DNA of 64,000 nucleotides from a bacterium (GTDB taxonomy: Bacteria; SM23-31). The notes under the pieces were generated by a model that worked only from the letters and a program-made list of their open reading frames with translations, was not told the origin of the DNA and ran no database searches. The stretch is from NCBI GenBank assembly GCA_965249485.1, contig OZ252239.1, positions 2,281,047 through 2,345,046 of the forward strand, given 5' to 3'. Position numbers and translations under genes: made by a program. Shown in pieces: positions 20,553 to 29,836 of the stretch (position 1 is its first letter; every line of letters starts with the position of its first letter).

Positions 20553-22137
20553 CATATTGAAAATCGGACATTTTCTTTCTATAGCACTCTTAGTATTTGT
20601 CGGACTATCTCTTGTATGGGCTAGCATTGGAACATTCGGAAACGGCTCGGCAGTTTTCAGGAGAAAGTTGTACTACGGTATGGTGTTGGGAGTGATAGTG
20701 TTGTTCGTTTTAACAGCGACCTCACAAGGTCAGAGGCAATTAGGTTTACACGAAAATTTGACAACGGTTGTCGCTCAGTACGACACGCGTCAATGGATGA
20801 AGGAGCGCTCTATTCTTAAGGGATCAATTTTTGACAGAAGCGGCGAGCTGGACAGGGCGCTTGCAGTATCCGAGCAGTTTGGCAATAAAGAATTCGAGAG
20901 AATTTATCCATATGGGACTGCCAGCGGACATGTTATAGGATACTCAGATCGCGAACGTGGACGGACTGGGATCGAAGCTGCATATTTTTCTACGCTTATA
21001 GGTCTCCAATTTGGATATCTTGAAAATTTAAAGCAATTTGTCTCTGGAAAATTCAATACTGTTCCAAAGGGAACGGATGTTTATTTAACAATCGACAGCA
21101 GAATGCAAAAAGCAGCATATAATGCTATAGGTAATAAAAAAGGGGCTGTCGTTGTGCTCGATCCCAAGACTGGAGAAGTTGTTGCTCTTGTAAGTACACC
21201 CGGTTTTTCTCCAGATCACATTAACAATGATGAACAGTGGAATAATTTGCTTGAGCGGCATGAAGATGCACCGCTCTTTAACAGAGCGCTGCAAGGACTT
21301 TACCCTCCGGGATCTATAATGAAAATAATTATTGCTGCAGCGGCACTGGAAGCAGGCCTTGACCCGATCTATTTTTCAGGTCCTGATGGTTACAAGCCGG
21401 ATGAAATGTCTCAAGTTATTCATGAACATGAGTATGAAGCCTACAATAATGCCGGAAATAAATGGATGGGTCATGGTAATCTTTCCATGACTAAAGCTTT
21501 TCAAAAGTCAAGCAACGTATACTTTTCGCGACTAAGTATGGCTTTAGATAACAGCATATTTGAAAATACAATAAAAAAATTTGGATTTAAACACGAATTT
21601 CAGTGGAATACGTCGAGTTCTTCATTGCATGATTATTTTCCAGTTGTGCATTCATTCTTTCCTGAGTCTGATGTTCTGATGCCTGAACAAAAATGTTGGT
21701 CGTCACTCGGCCAGTATAAAGTTCTCATGTCTCCAATGCATGTATCGCTTGTCGTTGCTGCTGTGGCAAATAACGGATATATGCCCCGGCCATCACTTGA
21801 ACTGGGTAGATTTCCACGATATTCAGCAAAGGTTATTTCTTCAGGAACTGCACAGTCACTGCAAAAAATGCTTCGTACTGTTGTGGAAAATGACACAGGA
21901 TTCAGAGCAAATGTTTCCGGTATAAACGTGGCGGGAAAAACAGGTACTGCTGAGATAGGTTCACGCGATCCCCACAGCTGGTTTGCCTCATTTGCACCCG
22001 CAGAAAACGCACGGCTTGTTGTTGTTGTGCTAATTGAGAACGGTGGGTATGGAGGAAAAGCCGCAGCGACGGCAGCACGAAAAATTTATTTGGAAGCTCA
22101 AAAGCTGGGTTATTTCGGCTTAGCCTCACAATTATGA
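20536..22137 (+). CDS. Class B penicillin-binding transpeptidase (PbpA-like)
   Basis: KGSIFDR, RIYPYG, catalytic SxxK (GSIMK), SxN (KSSN) and KTG (GKTGTA) intact; two N-terminal hydrophobic segments. Confidence 0.92.
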   Translation: MMAMYSILKIGHFLSIALLVFVGLSLVWASIGTFGNGSAVFRRKLYYGMVLGVIVLFVLTATSQGQRQLGLHENLTTVVAQYDTRQWMKERSILKGSIFDRSGELDRALAVSEQFGNKEFERIYPYGTASGHVIGYSDRERGRTGIEAAYFSTLIGLQFGYLENLKQFVSGKFNTVPKGTDVYLTIDSRMQKAAYNAIGNKKGAVVVLDPKTGEVVALVSTPGFSPDHINNDEQWNNLLERHEDAPLFNRALQGLYPPGSIMKIIIAAAALEAGLDPIYFSGPDGYKPDEMSQVIHEHEYEAYNNAGNKWMGHGNLSMTKAFQKSSNVYFSRLSMALDNSIFENTIKKFGFKHEFQWNTSSSSLHDYFPVVHSFFPESDVLMPEQKCWSSLGQYKVLMSPMHVSLVVAAVANNGYMPRPSLELGRFPRYSAKVISSGTAQSLQKMLRTVVENDTGFRANVSGINVAGKTGTAEIGSRDPHSWFASFAPAENARLVVVVLIENGGYGGKAAATAARKIYLEAQKLGYFGLASQL

Positions 22138-23543
22138 GAACGATAACAGTAAAATATTCTTATACAAACTCATTATACCAAAAAAAGAGTCCGGTTATGC
22201 CGGCAGTGTTTCTGATCGGTATCAGTGTCCTACCAATTGGATGGATACTTCTTCTCTCTGGAGGATTTCGGATTCAAAGTGTTGATGTGCCTACAAGTAT
22301 GTTTGTAGCACTCAGTGTGATTCAGGTTCTGTTTGTTATAGGAATTGTGTGTCTGTTGCGAACAGGTTACCGGGGGAGCTACGTTCCGCTTGCCGCTATT
22401 ATGTTGTTAACGGGTATCGGTATGGTATTGCAGATAAGATTGAGCATAAACACTATATCATTCAGTGTTGACCAGACTGTTCGGATCGGAATGGATCTAA
22501 TGTTCTATGGCATGGAAAATCACATTCTCTCGATATGCATTGCTATTATTTCTCTTTTTAGTGCTGTTTTTCTTTTTACAAGTAAATATATTAGATTAAT
22601 TGGGAAAAAGTATTTATTCATTTATGCGGCAACTATAAGCCTTGTCGTGGTGTTAACGGGGATGTCTCTAATGCATGATGGGGGTCAATTTCTCTTTTCC
22701 AGAGTGCCGTGGGAATTGGCAAAAATAGCGCTGCCTTTGACATTTGCAGGTTATCTGTCATATAACAGCCGTTTATTGACAGTGATGAACAACGGGAAAA
22801 TGGAGCTCAATCTATTTGGTTGGGGACCTTTTTTGGTTATGATATTTATTCCTTTACTGCTCTTTATGATACTTGGTGATTTCGGACAGGTTATGATTTA
22901 TGGTGCGGTTATTTTACTTCTTCTGTTCGTGGCGACAGGGTCATTTGTGTATCCCTTGCTTGGTTTAGTTGCAATAATAGCGGCTCATCAGATTGCCGGA
23001 ATGTGGAGTGATGTACTGCCCGGACATATCGCCACACGATTTACTTTGTGGTATGATTTTTGGTCAGGATTTCCATCAACCGAGTGGTGGGACAGAAGCT
23101 TCCAGACAGCAAATGCATTCTTTGCCCTTAATGCAGGAGGACTCGGAGGAACGGGCCTTGGACTTGGAAATCCCAACTTGGTTCCACTGGTACAATCGGA
23201 CTTTGTGTTTGCCGCTGCCGCAGAGGAGTTAGGTTTTATTGGTACTTTGGGTATTTTTTTACTATATTTGAGCATAATTTTAACAGGTATTCGCACTGCC
23301 TTTTCTTGTTCTAATAGATTTGAATTTCTTGCTGTTTCTGCTCTTGCGATCATGTTCTGCTGCCAGATATTTATTAATATTGGGGGTGTCTTGAATATGA
23401 TACCATTAACTGGGGTAGTGTTGCCATTTTTAAGTAAAGGTGGATTTGCTTTTATTACATTTTCCACTATGATAGGATTTATTATGGCCGTATCACACAA
23501 AAATGCAACCGAACATAACAGAATGCCCGAAGATATAATATGA
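22134..23543 (+). CDS. SEDS-family peptidoglycan glycosyltransferase (RodA/FtsW-like)
   Basis: Polytopic; GDFG, GGLGGTGLGLG, QSDFVF (catalytic Asp), EELG, IPLTGVVLPFLSKGG; ATGA overlap with the PBP gene. Confidence 0.92.
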   Translation: MRTITVKYSYTNSLYQKKSPVMPAVFLIGISVLPIGWILLLSGGFRIQSVDVPTSMFVALSVIQVLFVIGIVCLLRTGYRGSYVPLAAIMLLTGIGMVLQIRLSINTISFSVDQTVRIGMDLMFYGMENHILSICIAIISLFSAVFLFTSKYIRLIGKKYLFIYAATISLVVVLTGMSLMHDGGQFLFSRVPWELAKIALPLTFAGYLSYNSRLLTVMNNGKMELNLFGWGPFLVMIFIPLLLFMILGDFGQVMIYGAVILLLLFVATGSFVYPLLGLVAIIAAHQIAGMWSDVLPGHIATRFTLWYDFWSGFPSTEWWDRSFQTANAFFALNAGGLGGTGLGLGNPNLVPLVQSDFVFAAAAEELGFIGTLGIFLLYLSIILTGIRTAFSCSNRFEFLAVSALAIMFCCQIFINIGGVLNMIPLTGVVLPFLSKGGFAFITFSTMIGFIMAVSHKNATEHNRMPEDII

Positions 23544-24562
23544 GTTCAGATATTGTAAAAATAATTCTTACTGGTAATCCGACAGACAGAGATTTGGCCG
23601 CCCGTCAAATATGCCAGAGTAGAAAAAAAGATATACTTAAAACGTTATGGGATAATGTGCATGCTGCTGATGCGGGAGCCCGTGAAGTGATAATCAAAAT
23701 TGCCGGCGTGTTAGGGGGACTTGAATTTAGTCAAGAAATCGAGGATTTGAGTAAAAAAGACCCGGAGGCAAACGTCAGAATTGCTGCCATTGTGGCAAAA
23801 CAATATCTGGGAAAAGTCACCTATGGCAAACTTTCAGACGAAATAAATAGATTTAATTTTGAAGAAACTGAGGATAGCAGACAAACAATTCAACCGGCTG
23901 CTCAGGAAGTCCCAACTCAGACCGAATCCCGAACCTCCGCGCCAAAAGTCAAATTTGCCGGTGATACAGAAGAGCAAAAGAATGATTCTGATCAAAGTAT
24001 AAAAAAATCAACCCTCCTTTCAAAAAAAGTGTTGATCGCGGGACTTTGTGTTGTAGTTGTGGTAGCGGCTGTTTCTGTGAGTAGGATTCTTTTCGAAAGT
24101 GAACAGGAGCTAGATAGACAAATTCCGCAATCACCCGGCACTAAGGCGATTGCACTGATGATCAGGGAGCGGATCGATGCAGTTAATAAATTTAAAGCGA
24201 ATTATCTTGATCCGGAAAGTCCGGCAAGTCGCTTTCCAATGACATTAGAGCTCCGTAGCATGCCTGGTGATACTTACGGTGAGCTATTTGAGCGTGTCTA
24301 TGGAAATATTCTTGGCACTGAAACCGGGATGAATACTATCGGTGCTTTTTGGCGGCATATGAATTTTGGAACATCTAAAACACAGAAAATGATTGATTTG
24401 ATGGATATGGAAACAGAGAGTGAACTTCTATTGTTTCCCAATCCTGTTTCGATGGGATTGCAGCTTAACTTGAATGAAGGTAGTGCCGCTAACCAAAGTT
24501 TTAACAATGTTGATCCTGATCTTGAAATTTTAATCAGAGTCAACAGTGTTGTCGTGAGATAG
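23540..24562 (+). CDS. Bitopic membrane protein: HEAT-like N-domain, TM helix, possible divergent LysM C-domain
   Basis: DPEANVRIAAIVA HEAT-like repeat; TM VLIAGLCVVVVVAAVSV; MPGDTYGELFERVYG...N...LLFP. Confidence 0.55.
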   Translation: MSSDIVKIILTGNPTDRDLAARQICQSRKKDILKTLWDNVHAADAGAREVIIKIAGVLGGLEFSQEIEDLSKKDPEANVRIAAIVAKQYLGKVTYGKLSDEINRFNFEETEDSRQTIQPAAQEVPTQTESRTSAPKVKFAGDTEEQKNDSDQSIKKSTLLSKKVLIAGLCVVVVVAAVSVSRILFESEQELDRQIPQSPGTKAIALMIRERIDAVNKFKANYLDPESPASRFPMTLELRSMPGDTYGELFERVYGNILGTETGMNTIGAFWRHMNFGTSKTQKMIDLMDMETESELLLFPNPVSMGLQLNLNEGSAANQSFNNVDPDLEILIRVNSVVVR

Positions 24563-24571
24563 GTTCTCATA

Positions 24572-25288
24572 ATGATGCAAATTACTCAAAAGATAGCAGT
24601 GGTATTAATATGCGTGCTTTTCAGTTTGTCGGGCATGGTTCCGATGTACTGGACCGATTTTTCAATGTCGGTAATTGTTACCAATAGATCAGATGAGTGG
24701 AAGCGGTTATTTCTAGAGAAGGGTAGAATTCTTGAAATTGCAAATGTCAATTCATCTCATCTTCAGAGTGTTATTATTACTGCAGGTGATGGTTGGATGG
24801 AAATACCTCCCGGCCGTACTGTGGAGAAGAAAATAGAGGCAATTTGTCTGAATGAAGGACTTAGCTTTCCACCAGTGGGAGATGAGGTAGTATTGACTCC
24901 ATTTTCAGGAAGTCAGGAATTGATTGCGGCTGGAGCAAATCAAAAAGCAATCCATAGCATTACAGCATTCCCGAAAGAAAATTTCGTACTCATTACCGCC
25001 AAAGGATATTCTGATGATGAAATTGAGGGGAGAGCAACCGATTATGATGAGGCGTTTCAGTCAGCGGTCGAAAACGCAGCACGTGAGAGCGGATTTACCT
25101 TTACTTCGGAAACAATTCTGAATAATCTGAATTTAATAAGAACACAACAAAGAATTGATGTTGAAGAAAAATCGATTAAGTTAGTATGTGTGATTCATGA
25201 AGAGTATAATGAAGAGAATGGACAATATCTCCTGATCGGAGAGTTTGAAGTCAGATCAAAACCGTCATCACCACAGTTAAACAACTAA
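24572..25288 (+). CDS. Exported hypothetical protein with LPP20-like C-terminal segment
   Basis: N-terminal hydrophobic signal; ICLNEGLSFPP; ITAKGYS...AFQSAVENA. Confidence 0.55.
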   Translation: MMQITQKIAVVLICVLFSLSGMVPMYWTDFSMSVIVTNRSDEWKRLFLEKGRILEIANVNSSHLQSVIITAGDGWMEIPPGRTVEKKIEAICLNEGLSFPPVGDEVVLTPFSGSQELIAAGANQKAIHSITAFPKENFVLITAKGYSDDEIEGRATDYDEAFQSAVENAARESGFTFTSETILNNLNLIRTQQRIDVEEKSIKLVCVIHEEYNEENGQYLLIGEFEVRSKPSSPQLNN

Positions 25289-25303
25289 ATGTAGTGAAAA
25301 ACT

Positions 25304-26308
25304 ATGCTGGAACAAAAAGGTCTTGATGAAGTTCATGCCCATTCACAATGCAGATATCTAAGAAGGGATTCCTTTTATTGTCCTGAAGTGCGAATGGATG
25401 AGTCGCTCTATTGTTTTTGGCATAATCCGAATGCACCGAGAGATGGACATGACCTCAAGGAACGGTTAGAAACAAAAGTGAAAATTGATCCGAATTGTGA
25501 AGGGTACAAATTGGCAAAGACAGATTTACACGATGCGTGGCTGACCGAAACAAATTTCAATGATTCCGATTTTCGCCGAACGAAATTGACCAATGGCCAT
25601 CTGTTTGGTATATCTCTCAAGGGTGCTGATTTGCTCAAAACGAATTTATCGAGTGCAAATCTACGGCATGCTGATTTGCGGGAAGCAAACTTGCTTGGTA
25701 TCAATATCGAGAATTCAAGAATTGATAATATCAATTGGGGCAGTGAATGTGTTATTTTGCATGAAATCCTGGCAATAATTGCGGTTAAGCAGAAATTAAA
25801 AGAAGTCGCCTGCAGTAAATACAAAGACGCTGAAGAGGTATATCTGACATTAAAAAATCACTTTAATTCGATAGGCAATTCGCAGCTTGTCGGAAAGTTT
25901 TTCTACAGAGAGATGATTGCTCAAAGAAAACAGGCACCCCTCTTTTCTGCTAAAAGATTATTTACAAAAATGGCTGATGTTTCGTGCGGATACGGAGAAA
26001 AAATACCAAATATATTATTTTTCTCAATGGCTGTTGTCATCATTAATGCTTTTCTCTTCGGCTTTTTCTCAATCTCAAGTGGTGATTCGGTTTACAGATT
26101 TTCTATGGCAGCAGGAATCTGGGGAAATATAAAAACATATTTTCTTATGCTGTATTATAGTACAGTGACGTTTACGACACTCGGTTATGGGGATTATGCA
26201 CCTGCTTCTGCTATCAGTAAGGCATTGGCAGGTTTTGAGGCGTTCATTGGACCGTTTCTTGTCGCATTGTTTGTTATAACTGTCTCAAAAAACCTGATGT
26301 CCCGGTGA
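25304..26308 (+). CDS. Pentapeptide-repeat / two-TM potassium channel fusion
   Basis: Pentapeptide repeats (ANLRH ADLRE ANLLG); pore YYSTVTFTTLGYGDYAP; N-terminal C-x8-C...CFWH. Confidence 0.88.
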   Translation: MLEQKGLDEVHAHSQCRYLRRDSFYCPEVRMDESLYCFWHNPNAPRDGHDLKERLETKVKIDPNCEGYKLAKTDLHDAWLTETNFNDSDFRRTKLTNGHLFGISLKGADLLKTNLSSANLRHADLREANLLGINIENSRIDNINWGSECVILHEILAIIAVKQKLKEVACSKYKDAEEVYLTLKNHFNSIGNSQLVGKFFYREMIAQRKQAPLFSAKRLFTKMADVSCGYGEKIPNILFFSMAVVIINAFLFGFFSISSGDSVYRFSMAAGIWGNIKTYFLMLYYSTVTFTTLGYGDYAPASAISKALAGFEAFIGPFLVALFVITVSKNLMSR

Positions 26309-26312
26309 GGTC

Positions 26313-27183
26313 ATGAAGTGTGTAAAATATATAATAATTCCTACCCGTCTACAGGGGATTACCCTCTTCGTACTTTTGCTGCCAATTGTTATGTTCTGCT
26401 CAGAATCCGTTGAGTCTGATTTGTCCTCTCTTTCTGCGCGAATTGATGAAACAGACATGTATTTTGAAGTGACTGGGCTCGGTGCTGCCGCTGTTGATGA
26501 TGGTACTACCATTGCAGAAGCAAGGCGGAATGCCGAATCGATTGCTTACATTCAGGCCGTGGAAATTCTTGCTGAAGCGATACAGGGAATAGCAGTACAG
26601 GGAGAAATACGGCTTCGCGACCTAGCAATGCAAGAGGGCCGACTTTCCCAGCTTATAAAGGTACGCCTTGAACAAATACGCCAAGTCGGTGCCACGCAAT
26701 TCGAAGAACAGGATGACGGTTCGTGGATTGCCGCCTCCACAATCATTTATCAGAAAGAGAACGCTCAAAAAATTGCAGATGCAATCGGTTTAGGAGAGTA
26801 TGACGAATTAACATTGTATACAGAAAATACTGTGCTGCTACAAAACAGAGACTATTCCGGTATTATACTTGATGTGAGGTATGTGTCCGGATTTAATACA
26901 TTTTTAGCACCAAAAGTCGCCCGCAACGACGGATCGGTATTATTTTCGGTTAGAGATATTGCCCCACGTGTTGATAGAAACATTTGGCATTCCTGTTTTT
27001 GCGACCATTTCGGATGCAGTGCGGCTTGGAGATGTCGGGCAGACTCCCTTAAAAATTGTTCCGGTGGATTTTAAAGCAGACACTGGATTATTGATACTCA
27101 CGGAGAGAGATGCGCGTATATTTGAGACAAATAATTTTGTGCAAAAAGCAATAAACACTGGAAAATTAGCGCTTATTTTATAG
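26313..27183 (+). pseudogene. LPP20-like exported protein or lipoprotein, frameshifted near 26960-26972
   Basis: EVTGLGAA...ARRNA and YSGIILDVR...APKV in ORF 26313; the tail paralogous to the next gene (FGIPVF...VGQTPLKI...GKLALIL) is in the frame of ORF 26959-27183. Confidence 0.65.
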
Positions 27184-27191
27184 AAAATGAT

Positions 27192-28061
27192 ATGATTCAA
27201 CATCGTAAACTAAAATATATTGTACTTGTGTTATCTGTTTTCTTCTTGTATTGCCCTGCGCCTTCACAGGATTTCAATATAGTCTATTCAGATAATACCG
27301 CTGAATCTGTTACAGATTATATTAAGAGGTCTATTGTTGTCACAGGGAGAGGAGCATCTACCAAATCTCAAACATCGATCGCTCAGAAAAAACTTTGGGC
27401 GCTTACGGAAGCGCGGAAAAATTGCATAACACAGGCTGCTGTAGCAATCGGTAAATTGTATGTTGAAAGTACGACATTTATGGAAGCAGGTTCTCTGGCT
27501 GGAACGGATTTTTCAATGCAGATCGGGGCATACGTGCGAGGCTTACAGGCATTCGAAGAAGAAACAGAAACGTTGAGTGATGGTTCTTTTGCTGCCGAAA
27601 TTACATTAGTCATTGATTTCGACGGAAATAGGGGATTAAATGCATTGCTGTTTAATGAACTATTTCCACTTGAGGAATCAAATGCCAGTCAATTGACGGA
27701 CAATAGCGTTATCAGGTATTCGGCAAAGTCGATAACAGGTCTTGTGTTTGATGTGCGTGATTTGCCCATTAAACCCTCTATGATACCAAAAATTTATTCT
27801 GAAAGTGGTGAGCTCATATTTGGGCCTGAGCATGTCAGTAGGGATTATGTTGAAAGATACGGGATTGTCGGTTACACGAAAGATGCTGCGAATGTCCTTG
27901 AGCGAGTAGGTGAAAATCCGCTTCTTCTGAAAGTTTTTGCGCTGCGCGAGGGCAATGCGGCACATATTGTCCTCGGTAAAGATACTGTTGAACAACTCGT
28001 AAAAATTGACAAACGTGGTCGTCTTTTTAGAGAGTCTCGGGTTGCTTTTTTGGTTAAATAG
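27192..28061 (+). CDS. LPP20-like exported protein, paralogue of the upstream gene
   Basis: Signal peptide; VVTGRGAS...ALTEARKN; TGLVFDVRDLPIKPSMIPKIYSESG; RVGENPL; RVAFLV end. Confidence 0.7.
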   Translation: MIQHRKLKYIVLVLSVFFLYCPAPSQDFNIVYSDNTAESVTDYIKRSIVVTGRGASTKSQTSIAQKKLWALTEARKNCITQAAVAIGKLYVESTTFMEAGSLAGTDFSMQIGAYVRGLQAFEEETETLSDGSFAAEITLVIDFDGNRGLNALLFNELFPLEESNASQLTDNSVIRYSAKSITGLVFDVRDLPIKPSMIPKIYSESGELIFGPEHVSRDYVERYGIVGYTKDAANVLERVGENPLLLKVFALREGNAAHIVLGKDTVEQLVKIDKRGRLFRESRVAFLVK

Positions 28062-28082
28062 AATAAATTATAGAAGAATACT

Positions 28083-29420
28083 ATGGCTGACTTTAATTTT
28101 CCACCAGGATACAGGATTGGTGAGCATGGTGAATATCAAATCATTCGCCGTCAGCCTATCAGTGATGGAGTGAACAACACGTTTTCCGAAGTGTACCTGG
28201 TGAAAAAAATCAAGGTACGAAAAAAGTATGCTCTTAAGGTCTTACGTCCCGATATTATTGCAAAACATAAACGGTCAGTCGATGATTTCAAGGATGAAAT
28301 TCGTGTATTGATGGAGATGCGGCACAAAAACATTATTTCAATTAACGACTATGGAACTTTGCAAGACAGAGATGGTGTGCCGAGTTTTTATCTGATTATG
28401 GAATACATTGAAGACGCTTCGCTGCTCAAGGAGAAGTATTCGCTCAAAAAACGATTTCTGTTGTTTCTTCAGATCTTGGAAGGTCTTGAATATCTCCATT
28501 CAAAAAATATTATTCACCGAGATATTAAACCTGACAATATACTGGTTCAGCACGATTCTCTCGTTAAAATAACAGATTTTGGAATTGCTAAATTTATTGG
28601 TAATAACGATACGGTATCATCGGTAATCGGGGCGCCTGCATACGCACCTCCTGAGCAAATTGATAAATTCGGAGCACTTTCATACTCATCGGATCTATAT
28701 GCTGCTGGGAAGACGCTTTACACTATGTTAACAGGCAATCTGCCGAAGATAAACAAGTCTGTCAAAAGTCTGCCAGAGAAGTTTAGAACCAAGAAATGGC
28801 ATGATAGTATTCTCAATATTCTTCAAAAATCGACGAATCAGGACCCGGATCTGCGGTACAATTCAGCCGAGGAATTGAAACATGAATTGGCTGCTGTTAT
28901 GAAGACGTATTTCCGGAAGAAACACATAACCACAGTTGAGAAAAAACAAACAGTTTTACGTGCAGCAACTCGTGCTGCAGTTGTTATAGTTGCTATCGGT
29001 GTAGCTGGTTTAGGATATTATTTAACGAATAAAACTTCTATACCGAATGAATCAGTCGAGTTTCTCAATGCCCGTGATCAGGGAATTGGAATGTTCGCAT
29101 CACCAGTTAATTCGGATGAACAGGTTTTGTCCTATTTTCAGGATTTATCCGAGCGCTTTTCTAGTGGTGATGGGAATTCGTTGTTTCTTGGAGCTGTTAG
29201 TGCAGAACTGGCTGGAGAGAGAAATAGATCCATAGAATTTATGGAAAAAGCAGTAAAGCTTTATCCGGAAGATTCCGGTTGGAAAATTGTTCTGGGAAAA
29301 ATGTATTACAGTGCCGGAAGAATATTTGATGCACGTGCTATGTGGAAACAGGTGAAAAATAAAGATCATAATGATTATTCAAGTGCAATGCTGTTGAAAA
29401 TGACAATACCATTTAAGTAA
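28083..29420 (+). CDS. Hanks-type Ser/Thr protein kinase with TM helix and C-terminal TPR-like region
   Basis: ALKVL, EIRVL, HRDIKPDN, DFGIAK, SDLYAAG; TM AAVVIVAIGVAGLGYYL; KAVKLYPED...LGKMYY TPR pattern. Confidence 0.92.
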   Translation: MADFNFPPGYRIGEHGEYQIIRRQPISDGVNNTFSEVYLVKKIKVRKKYALKVLRPDIIAKHKRSVDDFKDEIRVLMEMRHKNIISINDYGTLQDRDGVPSFYLIMEYIEDASLLKEKYSLKKRFLLFLQILEGLEYLHSKNIIHRDIKPDNILVQHDSLVKITDFGIAKFIGNNDTVSSVIGAPAYAPPEQIDKFGALSYSSDLYAAGKTLYTMLTGNLPKINKSVKSLPEKFRTKKWHDSILNILQKSTNQDPDLRYNSAEELKHELAAVMKTYFRKKHITTVEKKQTVLRAATRAAVVIVAIGVAGLGYYLTNKTSIPNESVEFLNARDQGIGMFASPVNSDEQVLSYFQDLSERFSSGDGNSLFLGAVSAELAGERNRSIEFMEKAVKLYPEDSGWKIVLGKMYYSAGRIFDARAMWKQVKNKDHNDYSSAMLLKMTIPFK

Positions 29421-29452
29421 TAAATTCAAAATTTAGTATTTGGAGTGTATTC

Positions 29453-29836
29453 ATGTTTAAAATATCTGTTGAGGATAAATTTTCTGCCGCACATCAGCTA
29501 CACGAATATAAAGGGAAATGTGCAGATCTGCATGGTCACAACTGGAAAGTACGAGTAAATGTTCTTGCAGAAAAACTGGATGATATTGGAATTGCAATCG
29601 ATTTCCATGATTTGAAATCGATAACGCATAATGTGTTGGAACTGCTTGATCATAAAAATTTAAATGATCTCGATTATTTCTCATATCAGAATCCTTCTTC
29701 TGAAAATATTGCACGATTTATTTTTAATAAAATCAATGAACAACTTCCTCCGTATGTTAAGCTTGATGATATAGAAGTGATTGAATCAGAGGGGTGTGTT
29801 ATTACCTATTTTGAAAAGTCATATGAAAATCAATGA
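29453..29836 (+). CDS. queD: 6-carboxy-5,6,7,8-tetrahydropterin synthase
   Basis: FSAAH, CADLHGHNW, LDHKNLN, NPSSENIA. Confidence 0.93.
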   Translation: MFKISVEDKFSAAHQLHEYKGKCADLHGHNWKVRVNVLAEKLDDIGIAIDFHDLKSITHNVLELLDHKNLNDLDYFSYQNPSSENIARFIFNKINEQLPPYVKLDDIEVIESEGCVITYFEKSYENQ

